From the human T2T-CHM13v2.0 reference genome, Homo sapiens, in the NCBI RefSeq assembly GCF_009914755.1, contig NC_060932.1: a stretch of DNA of 64,000 nt; one strand, given 5' to 3'. Below, one piece after another: positions 12,123-25,008 of the stretch. Below the pieces are notes generated by a model. That model saw only the letters and a program-made list of their open reading frames with translations. It was not told the DNA's origin and searched no databases. The position numbers and the translations under genes are program-made. Position 1 is the stretch's first letter; each line of letters begins with the position of its first letter.

Positions 12123-12940
12123 TATACTTTAAAATTAATTCTATAGTGGTACTGCTTAACTTTAATTTTCTATTTCAGTTACTTATTTTCAGTTTCTGTA
12201 ACTGAACTGTAACTTCCCCTTCAGGGAGAAAGAACTGTATCTTATTTTTCTGTCTAATTTCCACAGTGCTTGCTATAATGTATTTCAAGTTGTTGGCAAT
12301 TCACAAATGTTTGTTGTATTAAAATGAATTGAGAGTCTCTGACAATTTAAATTTATTGAAAATCTGATCATACATATTTTTAAACATCCCTCTTAATCTG
12401 TACAACTAGTAACTTTGTTCTCTAAGCTTTTTAAAACTAATGACATAGGAAATAATATACAGGAACAATAAAACTGAAAGTCAGTAGCATTTTATTTTCC
12501 CTTTAATGTTTGACTAGGTGTAAAATATACATCACAGGTGTAAACTTTAAAGACTATCTACAATTATTTGCTAAAATTTTTTATAAAAGGAAGATATTTT
12601 TGGTTTTGGGTTTTTTCTGTCCTGATAAAAGTGCTTTTACAGAGATTTGTCAGTTAGGAAATCATCAGATAAGTGAAAATGAGTTAATTATACCATTTTT
12701 GTTCTAAAAGCATTAGCTTTTAGCCAATTTTAGATTAGTTGTCTTTCTGGCCTCAAAATATTGAGTAACTGTCCCAGTAAACAGATATTTAAAAAAAAAA
12801 TGGAACTTTATTAGAGCCAAATAATTGGCCTTCATTTTGCTTACCATACATAGAATTTAGTACAACTTAGTTCATGCCTGAATGATATAAGACTTACAGA
12901 TACTATTCCAATGTCTGGGTGTGATAATGTGTTAATTTGC

Positions 12941-13271
12941 TTTTTTTTTTTTTTTTTTTTTTGAGATGGAGTCTTGCTCTGTTGCTCAGGCTAGAGTGTA
13001 GTAGTGCAGTCTCAGCTCACTGGAATGTGTGGTGTGATCTTGGTTCACTGCAACCTCCACCTCTCCGGTTCAAGCGATTCTCCTGCCGCAGACTCCCAAG
13101 TAACTGGGATTACAGACATGTGCCACCAAGCTCAACAAATTTTTGTATTTTTAGTAGAGATGAGGTTTCACCGTGTTGGCCAGGCTGGTCTGGAACTCCT
13201 GACCTCATGTGACCCGCCTGCCTCGGCCTCCCAAAGTGCTGGGATTACAGGCGTGAGCACTGCACCTGGTC
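12941..13271 (-). mobile_element. AluS with internal duplication
   Basis: Poly-T then gagatggagtcttgctctgttg…cccaaagtgctgggattacaggcgtgagc; the ctcagctcactg/cttggttcactg block is doubled. Confidence 0.95.
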
Positions 13272-13330
13272 CTATATTAATTTTTATCTATCTGTAATTT
13301 TTGCTTGTAGGAAGACATTTATTTGTATTT

Positions 13331-13756
13331 TGTTGCAGGCTGAATTATGTCCTCCAAAGATTTTTATGTTGAAGTCCTAACCCCTGCTACCTCAGAGCCT
13401 GACCTTGTTTGGTATTGAGTTCTTTGCAGATCTGATTAGTTAAGATGAGGTCATACTTAAGTGGATTCCAACATGTCTAGTATCCTTATGAGAGCAAGAA
13501 ATTTGGGCCATGGACAAACACAAACAGAGGAAGAATGCCATTTGAAGATTGTAGTTATATTGCCATAAACCAAGGAATTACTAAAAGTTAGGAGAGACTT
13601 ATGGAACAGACCCTTTTCTAGTGACTTCAGAGGGAGGATGGCCCTATCAATGCGTTGATTTCAAACTTTAAGCTCCAGAACTGTGAGACAGTAAGTTATG
13701 TTTTAAGCCACTCTGTGTGTGGTACTTTGTTACAGCTGCCCTCGCAAACAAATGCG
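13331..13756 (+). mobile_element. MaLR solo LTR (MLT1B/C)
   Basis: tgttgcaggctgaattatgtcc…gttgaagtcctaacccc…gttaagatgaggtcatac…ctccagaactgtgagac…tggtactttgttacagc. Confidence 0.85.
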
Positions 13757-14003
13757 CCTGTCTTGTGTAACTATGCAATTGGCTATACGTTTCTTAATGT
13801 GCTTTACATGTTATAATATATAGGCAAACAATCACTGCCATCTGGATTCTGAAAGACTCACAGCTGACTTGTTATTAAATACATCCAGTACTCTCTGAGC
13901 TGTAGGTCGGTAGCGCAAGTCTCCTTAATCAACCTCTTGGCCAAAGCCCCAGATGGTCCTTCTCAACAGGAGATGCACTTTAGTTACTCCCATGATTGTT
14001 TGA

Positions 14004-14492
<489 letters not shown>

Positions 14493-14764
14493 TAACAAAG
14501 AGATGTATCTACCTCAAGTTCATGTAACTTCATTGTTTTCCTTTTGTTTCTTACATAAAATATGAAGATACATACTCATCTTGGGAGATGAAGATATGTA
14601 TATGATAACACTATTTTCTGTATAGCTATAAGAAAACCTTGAGAAGTATTAATTTTAAAAGTTTAATAATGTCTACATGACATAAGAGTTACTGTTGAAT
14701 GTAACATGCCTATTTGAAGTGGCTTTTGCACATTTGAGAACTATGTTTCAGTTTGAATCTCTAA

Positions 14765-15193
<429 letters not shown>

Positions 15194-15757
15194 TAAATTG
15201 AGAAGTAGAGTAAAAACATCTTCTTGTAGTTGGACCGGCCATGACTGTCTACTTCAAATGTTCTGGAAAATATTTTAAAGGAGAAATAGAACACCAGGAT
15301 ATGAAGTAAATTGTAAATAGGTGGTTCATACGTATGTCAGTTTCAAGGAAGGGAAATTGCCCTTCTTGTAAGTACATGTCTATACTGCTCTTTAAAAAGA
15401 AGAGAGGAAATACAAGCACCCACTGAAAAGGTTCTTTTTTTGTTAACATTGTGCTGGTTTTCATGACTTAATTCTAGGTCTTTCCTTATGTAGTGGGGCA
15501 ATCCATTCTACACAGTGGTTGAGTGCTTAATGAACATTTTGCTGACTAGTAGCTATGACAGACATGCTTTGGAATTTGTTAAGAGCAGAAACTGTGCTGA
15601 AACACTTCATTGGGAGTTGTGAAGAAGACTAGAAGAGGCTTTGGAATTAGGGAAATTAGGTTACCTAAAAATGCATGAATGAGGGTGTTTGCCGAGATCA
15701 GTGGAATAATTGTGGAAAGCACCAGGACTTCTTAATGGTCATGAAATAGTAGACCAA

Positions 15758-15761
<4 letters not shown>

Positions 15762-15795
<34 letters not shown>
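15762..15795. repeat. (TG)n microsatellite
   Basis: Read directly from the sequence. Confidence 0.95.
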
Positions 15796-15797
<2 letters not shown>

Positions 15798-15943
15798 CTA
15801 ATGTTGGTATATATCTAGACAATAAATATTATAAAATACAATTCTGAAAACTCAATAAATGGTTTCACATATTATAAATGTAAATCTGTTCCATGTTTAT
15901 TGTGGATACAATTATAGCATAAATGACACATATATTTTGAGTA

Positions 15944-16258
15944 TAGTGCTTCCCTTTTATCTGCAGGGGATACATTCCAAGACATCTAGTGAATATATGT
16001 ACTAGTGAGTATGTATACCCTATATATACTATTTTTTTTCCTATATATACACATCTATGATAAAGTTTAACTTATAAATTAGGTACACTAAGAGATTAAC
16101 AATGCTAACTGCTACTAATAAAAGATAGCAGTTTTATGTGAATTTGGCCTCTCTCTGTCAAAATGACTTATTGTTACTGTACTTGCCTATTTTCAGACTT
16201 CGATTGATAGGAGAAACTGAAAGGCAAAAACAAAACTGCAGATAAGGGGGAGCAACTG
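15944..16258 (+). mobile_element. MER44A-like Tigger MITE
   Basis: TIRs (cccttttatctgcag / ctgcagataaggggg…actg) flanked by TA; internal gatacattccaagac and ctatgataaagtttaa. Confidence 0.8.
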
Positions 16259-17421
16259 TACTGCTTGCTATCAAGACCACTGCAATTACAAATTTTCCCT
16301 GCTTACTGAAGAAAATTATAGTATAAATACTAAGACTCCAGGAAAACATAAAGTGCTGTTTTAACTCAGAATCTCCATCTACTAAACCGTTTTTACCAGA
16401 GATGTCAAATAAAATAAAATTGACTAGTTTGGATTTCATTTCTATTCTGGTCTCACCCCAACTTCTGTTCAACATTCTGAATGTTAAGCAGCTCCAAAAT
16501 GACCAAAATTATTGACAGTAGAATGATAGCAATTTATGTCTAGGCATTTGTGGAATCAATTAATTGAGCCAATTCTTGGGAAAGATGGGTCTAAGTAGAT
16601 TTTTCAGAATGTATATAACATATTTAATTAATTTACTTTTCTCATCTTTTTTAAACAGTTGATGTAAAAACTTTAAGGACTGATTTATCTAAGAAAAACA
16701 TAATTATCTGTAAGATAACTGAGAGTCAGTTATTGTAAAAGAAAATACTCACTATGGAATCATTTACATTTCAAAAACTTTTGTCTGAAGCAATAGATAA
16801 TAGTTATTTACAAGCCCAGATACTTTTTTTGGTATCCACTTTGTTTTTCCTTTTATTATTATCTCTTTATTTTTCACTTCCTTTCCCTCCTTGTTTTTAC
16901 CCTGTTTATTTTCCTATTATGTAGTGTTATGTAAATATCCATAGAATGAAGCCGGTTTCTTCTAATGCCAGTTCACAGTCACGAAAGTCTTTGAAAGTGT
17001 TGTCTTTCAAAGGAAATAATTTTCTTTTAAAGGTAGTGAGAATTCTGAGGCAGAAATTTCCCCCAAGGAGAGTGGAACATTTAAACATTTCCCTTAGCAT
17101 ATAATTGTTTATGAATGCAAAAGAATTTCTGTGCTCTTCTTCTTTGACCCCCCTTTCTCATTGATTTTTGGAAGTAGTTGAACAGTCTAGCATTTAACTC
17201 TTACAAATTTGCCAAAGTGCAAGCTGTGCACCGTTTGCATGCAATAATTACTTTTTAGCTTCTTAATGCAGTCTCATTATGAAGAATTATTTTCTCTTTT
17301 TGAATAATAGTAATGACTCATTTCCTAAATTAAACTTAGTTATTTCAAAATGATTTCACCAAAAAATTGTTAAAGGTAATCATTCTGTTAGTATTTCCAT
17401 AGCTAAGAGGTAAGTTTTAGG

Positions 17422-17443
17422 CACACACACACACACACACACA
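17422..17443. repeat. (CA)n microsatellite
   Basis: Read directly from the sequence. Confidence 0.9.
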
Positions 17444-17504
17444 AAAACAAAACCTTGATTTCATTTCCTTCTGCATATGCTTTCACAACACTAATTTTTG
17501 CTTA

Positions 17505-17966
17505 GGACAAAGATTCTTTGCTTGACCAAAATTTAGTTAGGCTCCTGAATCTTCTCCTCATCCCATATATGCACTTTCTTGTAAACCCAGTTTTAGCAAA
17601 GAACCCTGCAAAGTTAGTTTAGCAAGAACCTCCACCCTGGATATGTGATCACCCTAGACATTTGCTCAGGTTTCTCATCCTCCATCCGCCAGGTGATGCC
17701 TATCTTTAGCAAAAATCCTGTTAGATGGAGCTAGCCAGAATCTCCCTTCCCCTTGATGTTTCCTTTTAGTAATTTTCCATCCACTGGTTCTCACCCTGCT
17801 TCTTCCCTATAAATCCTTACCCAGGGGGCTTTATTCCGAGTTGAGCCCAATCTCTCTTCCCCATTGCAAAATACCATTTCAGTTATCCCTATACTTATTG
17901 TGATGGTCCTGAATAGTCTTCCTTGTTTTGCTTTAACAAGTATCACTAAATAATTTTTCTTTAACA
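17505..17966 (+). mobile_element. ERV1 solo LTR (MER31-like)
   Basis: acaaagattctttgcttgaccaaa…ttttagcaaagaaccctgc…gagttgagcccaatctctc…ttctttaaca. Confidence 0.75.
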
Positions 17967-18685
17967 CACAATATCATTCCTAGTGAAAGAAACAAAGACA
18001 CTTACATTGTCTATCTATGTGTTCTTTTTAATGAACAAAACCCTCGTGTTTTATTTTATAGCAATATTCTATAATTTATGAATATAGTTATCTGCTTTGA
18101 AATATAATGTACATTTATATTTTCTGATATTTAATATGAATTTAAATTGATTATTTTCCTTTCATATATGTGAATGCATATTTAATACAACCAAGTTGAG
18201 TTGATAAATTAAGAGTATTATGCTTAACAAACATTTTCTATTCACAACTTGGAGCAACTAAAATTTATCATTCTTTTACAATGTACATCATAGTTTTAGT
18301 AGGACATTTTAAAGAAAAACTATTATTTATTATAATGAGCCAGTAAGTGGTTTTCTTCAGCATGATATTCATAAAGGATTATGCAATTTAGTTGGCTGGA
18401 CATAAATAAAGTGTTTACGTTAGAGATTCATGAAATTATTTTTCAGCTCCTGGCCATTACAAATTCTTTTAAAGAGTCATGCATCATATAGCCTTAGAGT
18501 AAAGAAAAAAAAAATCATTTGAGATCATCAGATTTAATCTCATTTTATAGAGAGGATAAAATTAGTAGGCTTGAGTATGAAGACTTAATTTTTGTCACCT
18601 TCAGGTTGGGAATCCAGTTTCCTCAGTTCCCAGGCCCCATTCCATCTTTTTCTCTTAGAATTATGCATATTCAAATATTAAATGA

Positions 18686-19007
<322 letters not shown>

Positions 19008-19292
19008 AAGACTCAGTTTTTCAAACAACAAAGTGTATTCTTAGTTCTTGCTCCCCTCAAATCTCAATTTTAATAATTCCTTTTCCTTTTCTTCCCCCCT
19101 TTTATACCCTCATTTAATCCTCCCCAAATGCTAGCAATTGTTATACTTTTGTCTAATAAAAATAAATATAAAATACTAATGATTTAATATAACTTTGATA
19201 AAATGAAGATTTTTTTTATAAAGAACTATTTTTGTGAACCAGGACTGGGTGAAGGAGAATTAAAATACATAAAAAATTCAACCTCACTTAAA

Positions 19293-19930
19293 AAAATCAA
19301 ATTTATGTAGGTATAATTAGCATACAGTAAGCTTCAAATATTTACAGTATAGTTGTGAATATTTACACATATTTACAGTGTACAATGTACTTTGATAACT
19401 TGTGAAATATATATTCACCCAGGAAACCATCACCAAAATCAAGATAATGAACACATCTATCTCCTTTATAAGTTTCCTCTGCCCTTGATAATCCTGCCCC
19501 CTCTGCCTTATTTCCCTGAAACAACTGATAATACTTTCTGTCACAGTAAATTTGTTTGCATTTCAATTACATTTACAATTTGTAAATGTATAAAAATATT
19601 GGAAAACTAGAATTACCATTTGGTTAACACTACTTGGCTAACACCTCAGTAATACTTGTTGCAAGCAAGAATCGTTAATAGATGCTAAAATTAGTGGGTG
19701 AAACACAAGATATTTATATGGTCTCAAAGTATATTCGCACAAAATTACCAAGGGGAAAATATTAATTTTACAATAGATATGATGGAGAGGATAAGGCATG
19801 AGAAATGACTGTAGAAATAATCATTAAAAACTTCTCATATTTTTTGGAAGACATAAATACACAAATTTAAGAGGTTTAGAAAACCCAAAACAGCATACAT
19901 TTAAATAAAACCATATACAGAGAGAGCATA
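19293..19930. mobile_element. Mosaic of old L1 fragments (antisense 3' end ~19293-19570; sense L1MC-like and ORF1-like pieces to ~19930)
   Basis: aaccatcaccaaaatcaagataatgaaca (antisense); gatgctaaaattagtgggtgaaa and agaaataatcattaaaaacttc (sense). Confidence 0.5.
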
Positions 19931-19943
19931 ATTGAGTCATTTC

Positions 19944-20648
19944 TTTTACAGTAGGTAGTGAGTCAGGCTGAGCGGGGGAGGAGAGGGCTCCTCCAACCCA
20001 TCAGGAATGTCAGGCTGCCATCAGGTGATGGTCAGGCAGTTGCTACACTGCCTCTCTAAAACAGTAATTGGTCACAGCCAGCACCCAGGGAGAGCCAGTT
20101 TCCCAAGAGATAAAAGCACCTGAAATTGGTAATCAGCAGCTTTCAGGAATTGGGCGCGTGGGCTTGAGCATACACTTTAAAAGGCAAAATGCTGGAATAT
20201 GATCTTTGGGGGACATTCCACTGAAAAAGGGAAGAAAGCCTCAGGTGAGCATGTATACGATTCCAGTAAACACACTGTGCATGCTCGCCTCCTAGAAGCT
20301 ATTAGGTCCCCATGCATGCAGGCAGCTGAGTCTAAGAAAAGAATCAAGGGAAAGGGGACACAAAACACTGGAAGTCAGTTATCATATGGAATCCTAGGTT
20401 CAAGGTCCCGTGGGGCACTTGACCTTCAAGATGACTTCTTGAGTCCCTTCCAAGTGTACTTTCCTTTCTTTGTTTCTGCTCTAAAGCTTTTTAACAAACT
20501 TCCATTCCTGCTCTGAAACTTGCCTCAGTCTCCTTTTCTGCCTTATGCCCCTCAGTTAAATTCTTTCTTCTGAGGAGGTAAGAATTGAGGTTGCTGTAAA
20601 CTCGTACGGATTCACTGCCGGTAACTTAGATGACTTCCACCAGTAACA
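19944..20648 (+). mobile_element. ERV1 solo LTR (MER50-like)
   Basis: agtaggtag…caggaatgtcagg…ccatcaggtgatggtcagg…ctgctctgaaacttgcctcagtctc…ttccaccagtaaca. Confidence 0.8.
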
Positions 20649-20649
20649 G

Positions 20650-21160
20650 TTTGACTTGTGTCAAGAATATGTAAAGAATTCCTACATCTTAATAAGAAGA
20701 GGACAAACAAAGTACGATGGCTCATGCCTGTAATCCCAGCACTTTGGGAGTCTGAGGTGAGAGGATTGCTTGAGCCCAGAAGTACAAGACCAGCCTGGGC
20801 AACACAGGGAGACCTTGTCTCTACAAAAAAATTTAAAAATGAGGTGGGAAGATCACGTGAGCCCAGGAGGTCAAGGTACAATGAGGTGTGATTGTGCCAC
20901 TGCACTCCTGCCTGGGTGACAGAGTGACTCTGCCTCAAAAGGAATTTAAAAAACCCTCCAATTGTAAAAATGCACATTTCACAAAGGAAAGTGATATACA
21001 TGCCCAATAAGAACATGAAAAAAAAATGCTTAACAGTTGCTAAGAAAATAAAAAAGAAAAGTCAGAATTAGATATCACTATATACCCTTTGGAAAGGCTA
21101 AAGTTAAAAAAAAAAAGATTGGCAATATCAAGTGTTGGCAAGTATGTGTCACATGAAACT
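20650..21160 (+). mobile_element. Old L1 ORF2 3' fragment
   Basis: agaatatgtaaagaattcctaca…cacatttcacaaaggaa…caatatcaagtgttggcaag. Confidence 0.65.
20710..20945 (+). mobile_element. AluJ with internal deletion
   Basis: ggattgcttgagcccag and gagcccaggaggtcaagg (J diagnostics); the start of the right arm is missing. Confidence 0.9.
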
Positions 21161-21184
21161 TAATTGCTTAAAAAACTTAAATGT

Positions 21185-21690
21185 TTCCCTAACCCTTTTA
21201 GAATAAAATTTGCATGTATTAGCATGTTATAACTGTTTGTCTTAATTTGATACTGGCCACATGATATTATGCACACACCTTGACTTTCAGGTGAAGACCC
21301 TTATCTCTATGCCTTGGCAATCTTCCCTCCGCTGATATCTTTATTCTCATTTTTATTTATATAAAGAATACCTAATTCTTCATGTATGAACTTCTCTGGA
21401 AATTCATCCGTAACATCTCCATGGAGGGTTAGAAATTCCCCTTTGTGTGCGACCGTAGCACTGTATAGAAACTCTTACTTTTTAAGAGTCATAACATTAT
21501 TACATTTCTATTTTACTTAATTTAAATATTATCTTACCCAGGAGAGACTATAAGCCCTCTTGAAAATAGAAATTCTATTAAATTTCCTGTACATTTAAAA
21601 AATAAGTACAGTGCCTGAAATATTGGCTCTTAAAGTTGCTTAGAGCTGACTATATAGTCAACATTTATAATTGCTCAATAAACACAGAGT
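21185..21690 (+). mobile_element. L2 3' fragment
   Basis: agactataagccctcttgaaaatagaa…tacagtgcctg…tgctcaataaa. Confidence 0.5.
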
Positions 21691-22344
21691 GATAGATGAG
21701 CTAATTCATAGGAACAATATTGGCCAGAATTTAATTTTATTATTTTTGGAGACCATAGAAAGAGAAAGACATAAAAGAAGGAGAAGATTATAAATATTTT
21801 AACAATATTTTTGTGATGTAGTCTGGATTTTATATGTCTGCGTATGTCTCCAGAAAGAGCTGGGATTCTGTGATGTTTACATTTTGCCTTAGGCTTATGT
21901 CAGACATTTATTAGTTCAAGAGCTTCTGATTCAATATTTTTCTGTTTGTGTTAGTGGAATTCCTATGTACCCTGACATCCATGTGTTTGATTCAAATTTT
22001 AAACTCTGAAACTGAGAGTTCAAATCTAGATGTCATTAATTAGTTGATAAATTTGGATTGTGTTTTGCCTTGGAGAAGAAATAGAATGGTTACTATTTAT
22101 GCCTCACTGTAAAAATACCTAGAAATTTCAAAGAACCAAAAATATTACATATTTATTGTGCTTATGTAAATTTCAGCCCAAGGGATCTAGTGCTCTGAAC
22201 AAAACTAAACTAAATTAAAGTAAACCACAACAATCTTGCCTCAATGGCATCCTTCTCACTGTGTCTTTCCTAAAGCAGTTCATAAATAAATGAGTAGAAC
22301 ATATTCCATTTTCACCTTTAGAGACAACTTCTATATTAAAGATT

Positions 22345-22635
22345 GAAAAGTTGAACCTTGTATTATTCAGGTCTCTATTAAAAGGTCACTTTATCAAATA
22401 TTTCATAACCAATAATATAAAAAAGCAGCCTTTCTTGCCCATGAACCATTGCTTTATTTTCTTCTTAATTAATTACACATTTATTGGCTTACAATTTATT
22501 GCCTGTCACTCCTTAACAAAATATTTGTTTCATGAAAATAGGAACACTGTTTTTGTTCAATGCAATATTCCTAGTAACATGAATACTGCCTTAACCTTAA
22601 AAAGTATGCAAACAATTTTATTAAGTGAATGAATG
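22345..22635 (+). mobile_element. L2 3' end
   Basis: ttcatgaaaataggaacactgtttttgttca…tgaatgaatga tail. Confidence 0.6.
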
Positions 22636-23431
22636 ACCTTGGATATTTTGGCCTGAAAGAAGTATAAATAGGTTTATACTTCATTGCCTGCTGGGTAAAG
22701 AAAAAGGAATTTTTATCAGGCTACCCATACTCACTAAATTTATACAAAAGGAAGAAAATTTTTATTTTCTTAATTTTACTCTTAATTTGCCATTTACTAA
22801 ACTTTGATTTCCTTATCTGTAAAAAAGAAATAATAATACCTACTAGAGATATTACAAAGTCTATATTTGACTCTTGAATTTTGCAAAAAAATTCTCTTTG
22901 GTGTGAGATATAAATCTGACCTTTGGAAGGATGAATTATTGGATATCCAGTTAAACACATTCCTGCCATTCCTGAACTTCAGGTAACCATAATCAATAAG
23001 TGTGTGACTGTCATATTAATTACCATTATAATATTACTGGTATATATAAGATGCGTCATTTGTATTTATTGTTAATATCTGCATATTTACTATCTTGGAA
23101 GGATAAGCATTCTAGATAAATCCACATGGAAAAAAAACAAAAACAAAATTTCATTACGTGCTTTGTATGTTGAAATTTATTAATGTTATCAGTTATTGCA
23201 AAAATTATTTCAATAATTAATTGTTCTTACAAATTATGAAGAATTTTAAAATAAGCAAACAAAAATAGACTGACAATATTAAGAACATATATGTTACATA
23301 ATTTTAGAAAAATACTGCAATCCTTAGTCATTTGTATATAAACATACACATTCTTAGAAACATGTTAATAAGACAGAACAATAATGTCAGATATAATCTT
23401 AATAAGTGTAGAACTATATAGAGCACTAGGA

Positions 23432-24757
23432 GTCCTTTTATTAAATCATAATAGACATATATAGTTTCAGGATACATGTGTTATACATTTATATAATTAT
23501 TACAGATCGAATCAGTGGACTTGGAATATTTATCATCTTAAATATTAGTCTTTTCTTTATTCTAAAACCATTCAAATTCTTCTTTTCTAGTTATTTTGAA
23601 ATATACAATAGATTATTGTAAACTGTAGTCACCCTACTATCTAACACTAGATCTTATTATTTCTTCTATCAAACTGTATTTATATCCATTAATCACCTTC
23701 TCTTTATCTCCTCTCCCACCTCCCCTTCTCAGCCTTTGGTAACCACCAATCTACTCTAATTTTTTTTTTGAGATTCCATTTTTTTAGCTCCCACACATGA
23801 ATGAGAAGATGAGATATTTGCCATTATGTACTTGGCTTACTTCACTTAATAACCTCCAACTCTATCCATGTTGCTGCAAATGAAAGGATTTCATTGTTTT
23901 ACATGGCTGAATAATATTTCATGGTGTATATATACCACATTTTCTTTGTCCATTCATTCATTAATAGGCCCTTAAGTTGATTTCATATTTTGGATATTGC
24001 GAATAGTGCTGCAATAAACATGGGAGTGCAGAAAACTCTTCAAAATATTCATTTCCTTTCTTTTGGATATATGCCCAGTAATGGAATTCCTGGATCATAT
24101 TGGAGTTCAATTTTTAGTTTTATGAGGAACCTCCATACTGGAGGTTGTAATAGTGGTTGTACTAATTTACATTCCCACCAGCAGTATACAAGGGTTATTT
24201 TTTCTCTGCATCCTTACCAGTATCAATTACTGCCTGTCTTTCTCATAAAAGCCATTTTAACTGGGGTTAGATTATACTTCATTGCAGTTTTGATTTGCAT
24301 TTCCCTGATGATTAGTGATACTGAGCATTTTTTCATGTATCATTGAGCATTTGTATATCCTCATTTGAGAAATGTCTGTTCAGAGCTTTTGCCCATTTTT
24401 CATTAGATTATATATTTTTTGCTATTCAGTAGTTTGAGCTTCTTATATATTCTAGTTACTAATGCCTTGTCAGATGGATAGTTTGCACATATTTTCTCCC
24501 GTTCTGTGGCTTGTCTCTTTATTTTGTTGATTAACTCCTTGGCTGTGCAGAGGCTTTTTAGCTTGAGACAATCTCAGTTGTCTATTTTTGCTTCAGTTGC
24601 CTGTGCTTTTGAGGTTTTACACAAAAAGTCTTTGCTGAGACCAAATTCTTGCAGCATTTTTCCATTTTTTTCTAGCAGTTTCAGATCTCAGATTTAAGTG
24701 TTTATTTCATTTTTTTGTATACTGAGAGATAAGTTTTATTCTTCTGCATGTAGTTAA
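23432..24757 (-). mobile_element. L1MA 3' end
   Basis: ctagttattttgaaatatacaata…tagctcccacacatgaatgagaa…acattcccaccagcagt…gcagaggctttttagcttga. Confidence 0.9.
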
Positions 24758-24772
24758 GCATAGAGGAATCAG

Positions 24773-25008
24773 TGTTCTCACTCATAGGTGGGAATTGAAC
24801 AATGAGAACACTTGCACACAGGGTGGGAAACATCACACACCGGGGCCTGTTGTGGGGTGGAGGTAGGAGGCAGGGGTAGCATTAGGAGATATACCTAATG
24901 TAAATGATGAGTTAATGAGTGCAGCACACCAACATGGCACATGTATACATATGTAACAAACCTGCACGTTGTGCACATGTACCCTAGAACTTAAGTATAA
25001 TTACAAAA
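24773..25008 (+). mobile_element. 5'-truncated L1PA 3' end
   Basis: ttctcactcataggtgggaattgaacaatgaga…cctgcacgttgtgcacatgtaccctagaactta; TSD aggaatca. Confidence 0.95.

Noticed and set aside
13860-13965. Minus-strand peptides AKRLIK and DLRYRPTAQRVL resembling kinase subdomain XI
   Set aside because: The pieces are in different frames, the spacing is too short, a stop lies immediately upstream and no other kinase motifs are nearby.
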